From: an uncultured Alphaproteobacteria bacterium
Lineage (GTDB): Bacteria > Pseudomonadota > Alphaproteobacteria > HIMB59 > GCA-002718135
DNA: 64,000 nucleotides
Assembly: GCA_902591485.1 (NCBI GenBank)
Contig: CACJAV010000002.1
Coordinates: 55,172-119,171 of the forward strand
Direction of reading: 5' to 3'
Made by a program: the position numbers and the translations under genes. The notes under the pieces were generated by a model. That model did no database searches. It worked only from the letters and a program-made list of their open reading frames with translations, and was not told where the DNA came from. Below are positions 56,731 through 64,000 of this stretch, piece after piece (the first letter of the stretch is position 1; every line of letters begins with the position of its first letter).

Positions 56731-57966
56731 ATGACTAAGCCGCATATTGCTGTGGTTGGCGCTGGTATAGTTGGCATATGTACAGCATATTTTTTGAGTA
56801 AATCAGGATTTAAAGTTACACTTATTGATAAAAATGATCCTGGAACCATGACGAGTTATGGTCATGCATGTACATTTGCGGATTACGCCTGTGTTCCAGT
56901 TAATTCTCCAGATTTATTTAAAGAAATACCTACAATGCTTTTAAAAAGTGATGGACCACTTGCAGTAGATTTTTTACATGTTTTTAAAAATTTTAGTTGG
57001 GCTTATAAATTTTTACAAAATTGCACGGCTAATAAAGTTGAATATATTTCAAATTCTTTGGGTAACTTATTAAATAATGCTAGCACTAGTTATGATGAGA
57101 TTTTTAATGATGTAGATGTTTCAAAATATATTAAAAATGAAGAGGCGTTATACTTATATCAAAATGAAAATGAATTTTTAAAAGCAAAAATTTCAAATAC
57201 TGTAAGAGAAAATAATGGAGTTAAAATAAAAATTTTATCTAAAAAAGAAATTTTAGATATGGAGCCAAATCTTGCTTCAGTTTTTTATAATGGTCAGCTT
57301 TTTGTAGGATCTCGACATACGACTAATCCTCAGGAAATAAGTAACAAAATATTTGAGTCTTTTATTAATAATGGAGGAAATTTTTACAAAAAGAGTGTTA
57401 AAAATATTTCACCTAATGATGTGGGGGTCGGACTTAGTTATGATGAAACTAATCATAATTTTGATAAAGTGGTTGTTTGTACTGGAGCATGGTCAAAGAC
57501 TTTGACAAAAAACTATGGAGATGATTTTCCATTAGATACTGAGAGAGGATATCATGTTTTATTTAATAATAATGATTTAATAAAAAGACCTATAGGTTGG
57601 TCACAAAGTGGTTTTTATCTCGTTCAACTTGAAGAAGGCCTAAGAGCAGCTGGTACAGTAGAAATTGCAGGTTTACATAAACCAGAAAATAAAAAAAGAA
57701 CAAAAATGATTGAAATACAGGCACGAAAATTATTACCACAACTAAATGAAGTTAAAAGTACTTGGTTAGGATTTAGACCAACGCTACCTGATTCATTACC
57801 AGTGATAGGCCAATCAGAAAAAAGTAAAAATATAATATATGGATTTGGACATCAACACATTGGTTGGACTCTAGGAGCAGTAACTGGAAAAATAATTAAT
57901 TCATTATGTAATGATCGAGTGCCAAATATTAATATTGAGCCATTTAAACCTAATCGATTTAATTAG
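56731..57966 (+). CDS. FAD-dependent oxidoreductase (DAO family, D-amino-acid dehydrogenase-like)
   Basis: 411 aa with the N-terminal dinucleotide motif IAVVGAGIVGICTAYFL. Length and C-terminus (GHQHIGWTLG) fit the DadA/DAO family. Confidence 0.82.
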   Translation: MTKPHIAVVGAGIVGICTAYFLSKSGFKVTLIDKNDPGTMTSYGHACTFADYACVPVNSPDLFKEIPTMLLKSDGPLAVDFLHVFKNFSWAYKFLQNCTANKVEYISNSLGNLLNNASTSYDEIFNDVDVSKYIKNEEALYLYQNENEFLKAKISNTVRENNGVKIKILSKKEILDMEPNLASVFYNGQLFVGSRHTTNPQEISNKIFESFINNGGNFYKKSVKNISPNDVGVGLSYDETNHNFDKVVVCTGAWSKTLTKNYGDDFPLDTERGYHVLFNNNDLIKRPIGWSQSGFYLVQLEEGLRAAGTVEIAGLHKPENKKRTKMIEIQARKLLPQLNEVKSTWLGFRPTLPDSLPVIGQSEKSKNIIYGFGHQHIGWTLGAVTGKIINSLCNDRVPNINIEPFKPNRFN

Positions 57967-59396
57967 TCTAAACTAATTCCCACGTTTTTAACTTGAAGAT
58001 ATGATTTGAGGGCATCTACACCTTTTTCTCTACTATAGCCTGATTGTTTGTAACCTCCAAATGGAGTTGCATGATTGCCTGCAAACCATTTATTAACATA
58101 AACCTGTCCTGACTCTAATTTACTTGCAGTCCACGATGCTTTTTTTAGATCTTTAGTGAAAACTCCCGCACCTAATCCAAAATCAGTATCATTAGCAATA
58201 TGAATTGCCTCATCTTGATCTTCATATTCAAGAACTGATAAAACTGGACCAAATATTTCTTCTCTAGCTACTGATGTGTCTTGTTTGACATTATTTAAAA
58301 CTGTTGCTTCCATAAAATATCCTTCACGATCAGCTCTTTTTCCACCATGAACAGCTTCTGCCCCTTGCTGAACACCAGAACGAGCATAACCCTCAACTTT
58401 TTCAAGTTGCTTTTCTGAAATAATTGGTGTTAGTCCTGTATCTTTTTCGTACCCAGGCCCAACTTTAAGAGACTTACTCAAATCCACAAGTTTTTCGATT
58501 AATTCATTTTTAACTGATTTATGAACTACCAATCGTGACATGGCTGTACATATTTGACCAGCAACTCCAAAAATACCATGACGTGCACTGTCTATAACTT
58601 GATCAAGATCAGCATCTTCATAAACTATGCCCGCTGATTTTCCACCAAGCTCAATTACTGCTGGAATTGTTTTATCTGCACATGAGTGTAATATTTTTTT
58701 TCCTGTAGAAACCGAACCAGTAAATACAACATGATTTACATCTGGATGTGATACTAAATAAGAACCAGCTTCATTTCCATATCCACAAATTATATTTACA
58801 AGCCCGTTTGGAACACCTGCATTTTCAATTGCTTTTGCAAAAAAAGTTGCCGAAAGAGGTGTTAGTTCAGCAGTTTTTACAATTGTTGAATTCCCTGTTG
58901 CAAAGGAACATGCAAGAGATCTACCAACCATTGATATTGGAAAGTTCCATGGAACAATATGTGCAGACACTCCAAATGGTTCTAAAACAGTATAATCAAA
59001 AATAGTAGGTGAGACAGGAATTGTTTTACCTTCAAGTTTATCAGTCAGACCAGCATAATAATCAAACATATCAGCTACATCATTAAATTCTTTTATTGCT
59101 GCACCCAGCATTTTACCATTTTCATAGCAAAGCATCTTTCCACCTTCATCAGCTATTTTTCTTGTTTCATCTGCAATGCGGTGCATCAGTTTTGCTCTTT
59201 CAAGTAAAGGCATGTCAACTAGTACTCTTGAATTAAATGCTGCTTTTGCTGCAGATACTGCAAGGTCTACTTCATTCTTTTTTGCGCAAGAAATTTCTCC
59301 TATAATTTTACCTGTTGCAGGATCATCAACTTGAATAATTTCTCTAGATTCACTCTCGATCCATTTACCGTCAATATAATTTTTATAAAGTTTCAT
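57963..59396 (-). CDS. NAD(P)+ aldehyde dehydrogenase
   Basis: 477 aa containing VPWNFP, FTGSVSTGK, ELGGKSA and the catalytic Cys in GQICTAMSR. Confidence 0.9.
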   Translation of the reverse strand: MKLYKNYIDGKWIESESREIIQVDDPATGKIIGEISCAKKNEVDLAVSAAKAAFNSRVLVDMPLLERAKLMHRIADETRKIADEGGKMLCYENGKMLGAAIKEFNDVADMFDYYAGLTDKLEGKTIPVSPTIFDYTVLEPFGVSAHIVPWNFPISMVGRSLACSFATGNSTIVKTAELTPLSATFFAKAIENAGVPNGLVNIICGYGNEAGSYLVSHPDVNHVVFTGSVSTGKKILHSCADKTIPAVIELGGKSAGIVYEDADLDQVIDSARHGIFGVAGQICTAMSRLVVHKSVKNELIEKLVDLSKSLKVGPGYEKDTGLTPIISEKQLEKVEGYARSGVQQGAEAVHGGKRADREGYFMEATVLNNVKQDTSVAREEIFGPVLSVLEYEDQDEAIHIANDTDFGLGAGVFTKDLKKASWTASKLESGQVYVNKWFAGNHATPFGGYKQSGYSREKGVDALKSYLQVKNVGISLD

Positions 59397-59451
59397 AATT
59401 CTTTGTTTGAAAATGTTTATTTAATCTGTAATTATTCCTTATCACAAAAAC

Positions 59452-59964
59452 ATGCCAAATATAATTAAATATTACGTCAAATTTATAGATTATATTAGTC
59501 TTAAAACAGGCAGGGCAACTATGTACCTCGTGTTTGTAATGATGTTTATTTTAATTTTATCATTTGTTACACGTAATATAATTAATATCCCTCTAATATG
59601 GATAATTGAAATGGCGCAGTTTGTTATGACTGGTTATTATCTATTAGGTGGTGGGTATTCTCTTCTATCAGATGATCATGTGAGAATGGATTTAATTTAT
59701 AGTAGATTTAATGATAGGACCAAAGCTTTACTCGATACTCTGACTAGTGTTTTTTTAATTACCTATCTTGTCATATTATTGATTGGCGCATACTCAAGCT
59801 TGCAATATACTATTCAAACTAACCAAAGGCTCTTTACAGCTTGGGCTCCTTATGTGTGGCCTATAAAAACTGTTATGTTATTCGGCATTTTACTAATGTT
59901 GCTGCAATCTATTTCAATTTTTTTTAAAGATCTGGCAAAAACTTTTAATCTGGAGATTAAATGA
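59452..59964 (+). CDS. TRAP transporter small permease (DctQ family)
   Basis: 170 aa with 4 TM segments, overlapping the downstream DctM gene by 4 nt. Confidence 0.85.
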   Translation: MPNIIKYYVKFIDYISLKTGRATMYLVFVMMFILILSFVTRNIINIPLIWIIEMAQFVMTGYYLLGGGYSLLSDDHVRMDLIYSRFNDRTKALLDTLTSVFLITYLVILLIGAYSSLQYTIQTNQRLFTAWAPYVWPIKTVMLFGILLMLLQSISIFFKDLAKTFNLEIK

Positions 59965-61298
59965 TAGCAGATTATGTAAGTTATGAAATGATAGCTATTA
60001 CGATGTTTGCAACAATGTTGTTAATGTTGCTAACTGGTCAAAGAGTTTTTGGCGCTATTGGTTTTGTGGCAGCAATGGCAGCATTATTACTTTGGGGTGA
60101 TGGCGCTGTTCAAATGCCTTACACAGCATCGTGGAAATTATTCAAGTGGTACCCAATGCTTACTTTACCTTTATTTATTTATATGGGTTATATGATATCG
60201 GAGTCGGGTATTGCAGATGACTTATATAAAATGTTTCATGTTTATTTTGGTGGCATAAAGGGAGGATTAGCTATTGGAACAATGGCAATGATGGTTGCAA
60301 TCTCAGCCATGAATGGTTTGAGTGTAGCAGGTATGGCAATTGGAGCAACTATCGCTTTACCGGCAATGTTAAAACTTGGTTATGATAAAAGAATGATTAC
60401 TGGGGTAGTACAGGCTGGAAGCTCTCTTGGAATTTTAGTGCCTCCAAGTGTTGTTCTTGTACTTTATGGAATGATAGCAAGACAACCAGTTAGTAAATTA
60501 TGGTTAGCAGGTATTCTTCCAGGAATAATGATGGCGACATTATTTATTTTATACATTTACATTAGATGTAAACTTCAACCTGAATTGGGCCCCGCACTTC
60601 CAAAAGAAGAAAGGCAAATTACAAGAGCGGAAAAATTTAAATTACTTCAAGCAGGATTAATACCTTTTGCAATCTTCTTTTCTATGACTGGTTTGTTTCT
60701 TATGGGCATAGCAAGTTTAGTTGAGTGTTCAGCTGTAGGAGCTTTTGGCGCATCTTTAGCTGCGTTATTAAAAGGAAAGCTTACTTGGAGTGTTATTGAG
60801 ACTACTCTCAAAAAAACCCTTGGCGTATCATGTATGTTTATGTGGATCATATTAGCTGCTCTTAGCTTTGGGGCAGTATTTGATGGGATAGGTGCAGTAA
60901 GAGCAATTGAAACTTTATTTATTGAAAGATGGAATCTGAGTCCTTGGGGCGTTCTAATAATGATGCAGCTCTCATATATTTTAATGGGAATGTTTTTAGA
61001 TGACACAGCTATGCTTGTAATTGTAGCACCTCTATATGTGCCGTTGATTATAGCATTAGGTTTTGATCCTATTTGGTATGGAGTCTTATATACAATTACA
61101 TGTCAAATTGCATATATGACACCTCCTTTTGGTTACAATTTATTTTTAATGAGGGCAATGGCCCCAAAGGAAATTAATTTGATGGATATTTATAGATCTA
61201 TTATTCCTTTTGTACTCGTAATGTGTCTTGGTTTAGCAATAGTAATGATTTTCCCTGAAATTGCTACTTGGCTTCCAGAATATGTATCAAGAAAATAA
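59961..61298 (+). CDS. TRAP transporter large permease (DctM family)
   Basis: 445 aa with about 12 TM segments and DctM-like sequence (GSSLGILVPPS, MPPFGYNLF). Confidence 0.9.
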   Translation: MIADYVSYEMIAITMFATMLLMLLTGQRVFGAIGFVAAMAALLLWGDGAVQMPYTASWKLFKWYPMLTLPLFIYMGYMISESGIADDLYKMFHVYFGGIKGGLAIGTMAMMVAISAMNGLSVAGMAIGATIALPAMLKLGYDKRMITGVVQAGSSLGILVPPSVVLVLYGMIARQPVSKLWLAGILPGIMMATLFILYIYIRCKLQPELGPALPKEERQITRAEKFKLLQAGLIPFAIFFSMTGLFLMGIASLVECSAVGAFGASLAALLKGKLTWSVIETTLKKTLGVSCMFMWIILAALSFGAVFDGIGAVRAIETLFIERWNLSPWGVLIMMQLSYILMGMFLDDTAMLVIVAPLYVPLIIALGFDPIWYGVLYTITCQIAYMTPPFGYNLFLMRAMAPKEINLMDIYRSIIPFVLVMCLGLAIVMIFPEIATWLPEYVSRK

Positions 61299-61376
61299 TT
61301 AAATTACTTGATTTAAGGCAATTTACACATCAAGATAATAAATTATTTATTATTTAAAACTTTAGGAGGTAGTTAA

Positions 61377-62447
61377 ATGAAAAATAAAAAAAATATCACT
61401 AAAAGACGTGAATTTTTAAAAAAAGCAGGTTTAGTATCTGCAGGTGCTATCGGTGCTTCCACATTAGCAGCGCCATATGCATACGCAGCAACCAATCCGA
61501 TTAAGTGGAGACTTCAGACTTATTCTGGTGCTCCTTTAGGAGCGCACGTTGTGCTTCCACAAATTGAAGCATTTAACAAAGCAGCTCATGGCGAGATGGA
61601 AATCGAACTATATTATGCCGATCAATTAGTTCCAACTGATGAATTATTCAGAGCAATGCAAGCTGGCACTATTGATGCCGTACAGAGTGATGATGCAACA
61701 ATGGGTTCCCCTGTTGATATATCTGTATTTGGTGGATATTTTCCATTTGCAACTCGTTACAGCTTAGATGTCCCTGCAATGTTTAAGTATTATGGATTAG
61801 ATAATATTTGGGCAGAAGCTTATGGTGAAGTAGATAATGTTACTTGGCTTAGTACCAGTGCTTGGGATCCTTGTCATTTATTTACAGTTAATAAACCAGT
61901 TAGATCTCTAGCAGATATGAAAGGTCTTCGAGTTTTTGGAGTTCCTACAGCTGGACGATTCATGGCTAAGTATGGTTTAATTCCTGTAATCGTTCCTTGG
62001 GATGATGTTGAGGTTGCAATGCAAACTGGTGAACTTGATGGAGTATGTTGGTGTGGTTTCACAGAAGCATATGAAGTTGGATGGGCTGATATATGCAACT
62101 ATGCTCTAACAAATTCTGTTACAGGGGCTTGGTTTGGTTCATATTTTGCTAATTCAAAGAGTTGGGAAAAGCTATCTCCAAAACTTCAAGAATTATTTAA
62201 AATGTCAATCGATCAATCACATTACTACAGACAAGTATGGTATTGGGGTGGAGAGGCAGATCTTCGTGTAAACGGTAAAAAGATGGAGCTCACAAGTATA
62301 CCTTCCAATGAGTGGAGCCAGGTTGTTAAAGATGCTTCAGGATTCTGGGATGAAGTTGCAAGTCAAAGTCCAAGAAGTGGAAAAGTTGTTGAGGCATTTA
62401 AATTATATGCAGCTACAATGGATAAAGCTGGCTATCCTTATAGATAA
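61377..62447 (+). CDS. TRAP transporter solute-binding protein (DctP-like) with a twin-arginine signal
   Basis: 356 aa with the Tat motif TKRREFLKKAG followed by AYA cleavage context, then a DctP-like W.LQT...P core. The SD is AGGAGG. Confidence 0.85.
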   Translation: MKNKKNITKRREFLKKAGLVSAGAIGASTLAAPYAYAATNPIKWRLQTYSGAPLGAHVVLPQIEAFNKAAHGEMEIELYYADQLVPTDELFRAMQAGTIDAVQSDDATMGSPVDISVFGGYFPFATRYSLDVPAMFKYYGLDNIWAEAYGEVDNVTWLSTSAWDPCHLFTVNKPVRSLADMKGLRVFGVPTAGRFMAKYGLIPVIVPWDDVEVAMQTGELDGVCWCGFTEAYEVGWADICNYALTNSVTGAWFGSYFANSKSWEKLSPKLQELFKMSIDQSHYYRQVWYWGGEADLRVNGKKMELTSIPSNEWSQVVKDASGFWDEVASQSPRSGKVVEAFKLYAATMDKAGYPYR

Positions 62448-62467
62448 TTAATCTTAATTTTTAATTT

Positions 62468-62493
62468 AAGCATCTCGTTAATCGAGATGCTTT
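62468..62493. terminator. Hairpin between the convergent TRAP SBP and SDR genes
   Basis: AAGCATCTCG (62468-62477) pairs with CGAGATGCTT (62483-62492) around the loop TTAAT. It is a 10-bp stem with short T/A flanks and overlaps the SDR stop codon. Confidence 0.55.
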
Positions 62494-63238
62494 AAGGTCT
62501 CGCCTTTAGACCACCATCTACAATAATTTCAGTTCCCGTTATAAATGAACTTTGTTCACTTAATAAGAATAATACAGTATCAGAAATGTTTTCAGGTTTG
62601 CCAACTCTTTGAAGAGGAATCACTCTTGTTAAATTTTTCTTAGCAGTAGGATTATTTTTCCATCTTTCCTGCATTGGTGTTTCTATTGGGCCAGGTAAGA
62701 TACTGTTAGATCGAATATTTTTATTTGCATATTGAATTGCAATAGATTTTGATAATCTAATCATTGCAGCTTTAGAAGTTCCATATGCTTCTTGAGGTTT
62801 ATCATCTCCACTCAATGCATCAATAGATGATATATTAACTATGGAACCAAATTTATTCTTTTTCATACTTGGTAATATTTTTTTTAAAACAAGAAACATA
62901 GATTTGAGATTAATTTCAAAAACTTTATCCCATATACTTGTCTGAATTTTTTCAATTCCTAAATCTTTGTCAAACCACAAGACACCTGCAGCATTTATTA
63001 AGTAATCTATTCTTTTTTGTTTTTTTATAAATTTATCTAAAACTTGGTTGATTGCATTTTTGTTACTTAAATCTACTTTTTCAAAATATATAAATTTATT
63101 TGCAGTAATTTTTGGCTTTTTAATATCAAGTATCAGAACCTTTATTTTTAATTTTGCAAGTTTTTTTGATACATCTAGACCAATTCCTCCAGAACCACCT
63201 GTTACTATAGCTACTTTACCTTTAAACGTTAATTTCAT
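62492..63238 (-). CDS. Short-chain dehydrogenase/reductase (FabG-like)
   Basis: 248 aa containing TGGSGGIG (cofactor loop), NAAG and the catalytic YGTSKAA. Confidence 0.9.
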   Translation of the reverse strand: MKLTFKGKVAIVTGGSGGIGLDVSKKLAKLKIKVLILDIKKPKITANKFIYFEKVDLSNKNAINQVLDKFIKKQKRIDYLINAAGVLWFDKDLGIEKIQTSIWDKVFEINLKSMFLVLKKILPSMKKNKFGSIVNISSIDALSGDDKPQEAYGTSKAAMIRLSKSIAIQYANKNIRSNSILPGPIETPMQERWKNNPTAKKNLTRVIPLQRVGKPENISDTVLFLLSEQSSFITGTEIIVDGGLKARP

Positions 63239-63296
63239 TGCTTTAAAATTTAAAAAATTAATTGATTTAATATCTTAAAATCACTAAATCGTAAAC

Positions 63297-64000
63297 ATGC
63301 TTAAAACTATATCTCCAATAGACAATTCAATTTTCGTAGAAAGACCATATGCAACCTCGAGTGAAATTGAAAATACCCTTAATTTATCAGATCAAACAAA
63401 ATTAAAATGGAAAAATACAAGTTTGCAAGAAAGAAAAAAACTAGTCTTTAAATTTGTAGAAGATTTTTTATCAAACCATAAAGAAATTGAAGAAGAATTA
63501 TGCAGACAAATGGGAAGGCCTTTGTCACAATGCGCAGGTGAAATGCGTGGCTTTGAAGAAAGAGCAAAATATATGATTGATAATGCAGATAAGGCATTAC
63601 AAAAAGTTGTTTCAAAGAATGACAGTGAGTTCGATAATTTTATTAAAAAAGATCCACTAGGAACAATATTTGTAATTGCACCTTGGAATTATCCATACAA
63701 TACTTCTGTAAATTCAATAGTACCAAGTTTACTTGCTGGTAACTGTGTAATTTTAAAACATTCCTCTCAAACACCTCTTTGTGCAGAACAACTCCTAAAG
63801 GCATCAGAAAAAGCTGGTTTGCCTAAAAATGTTTTTCAAATATTACACTTAGACCATTCTTCTACTTCAAAAGTTATTGCTGATAGTCGTATTGATCACG
63901 TTTTATTTACAGGCTCTGTTTCAGGAGGAATAGAAGTTAAAAAAGCTATCGGAACAAGATTTATTGGGGCAGGTTTAGAATTAGGTGGAAAAGATCCAGC
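63297..64000 (+). CDS. Aldehyde dehydrogenase, N-terminal part (3' end lies outside the window)
   Basis: Open from ATG 63297 to the window end (MLKTISPIDNS..APWNYP..FTGSVSGG..LELGGKDP). It is absent from the ORF track because there is no stop codon in the window. Confidence 0.88.
   Translation, partial: MLKTISPIDNSIFVERPYATSSEIENTLNLSDQTKLKWKNTSLQERKKLVFKFVEDFLSNHKEIEEELCRQMGRPLSQCAGEMRGFEERAKYMIDNADKALQKVVSKNDSEFDNFIKKDPLGTIFVIAPWNYPYNTSVNSIVPSLLAGNCVILKHSSQTPLCAEQLLKASEKAGLPKNVFQILHLDHSSTSKVIADSRIDHVLFTGSVSGGIEVKKAIGTRFIGAGLELGGKDP

Noticed and set aside
1-64000. Looked for CRISPR arrays, transposases or IS ends, integrases, prophage genes, toxin-antitoxin pairs and restriction or defence systems.
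   Set aside because: I saw no repeat-spacer periodicity, no terminal inverted repeats and no ORFs with such signatures. Every long ORF except 47845-50235 has a housekeeping, transport or catabolic assignment.

Overview
The window is very AT-rich and tightly packed, with many 1-4 nt gene overlaps and almost no intergenic DNA. Gene content and style fit a streamlined marine alphaproteobacterium of the SAR11/Pelagibacterales type; that assignment is an inference, and GC content was not computed. Bases 1-12.9 kb hold a contiguous S10-spc-alpha ribosomal protein cluster (rpsJ to rplQ, with secY, adk and rpoA). It has no rpmD, and crcB is fused onto its end. Bases 13-20 kb hold housekeeping genes: a pseudouridine synthase, lipB, tRNA-Leu(GAG), gshA-gshB, bioY, a NagK-like ROK kinase and a gabD-like dehydrogenase. 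Bases 20-40.5 kb form an osmolyte and nitrogen-compound catabolic block. It contains an 8-gene operon (AGAT-type amidinotransferase, eutA/B/C-like genes, a 480-aa PLP enzyme, an M20 amidohydrolase, a creatinase-like M24 hydrolase and a proline-racemase-like protein with a Ser/Cys active-site pair). It also contains an Ldh_2-proV-proX-proW (tandem-fused permease) operon and sarcosine oxidase soxBDAG followed by a DoeA-like ectoine hydrolase. Bases 40.6-47.7 kb are a periplasmic sulfur-oxidation locus: a cytochrome c/flavocytochrome pair, soxB, soxD, soxC, soxZ, soxY, a thioredoxin and a pseudoazurin. No soxXA is present in the window. Bases 47.8-52.1 kb are the least explicable part. They hold two large adjacent ORFs I cannot assign to any family, a divergently transcribed M19 dipeptidase homologue that has lost three of its five canonical zinc ligands, and an EamA transporter. 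Bases 52-64 kb carry a PotABCD-like ABC system with unusually extended permeases, a DadA-like flavoprotein, two aldehyde dehydrogenases, a TRAP transporter whose binding protein has a Tat signal, and an SDR. I found no CRISPR array, transposase, integrase, rRNA gene or recognisable defence system.
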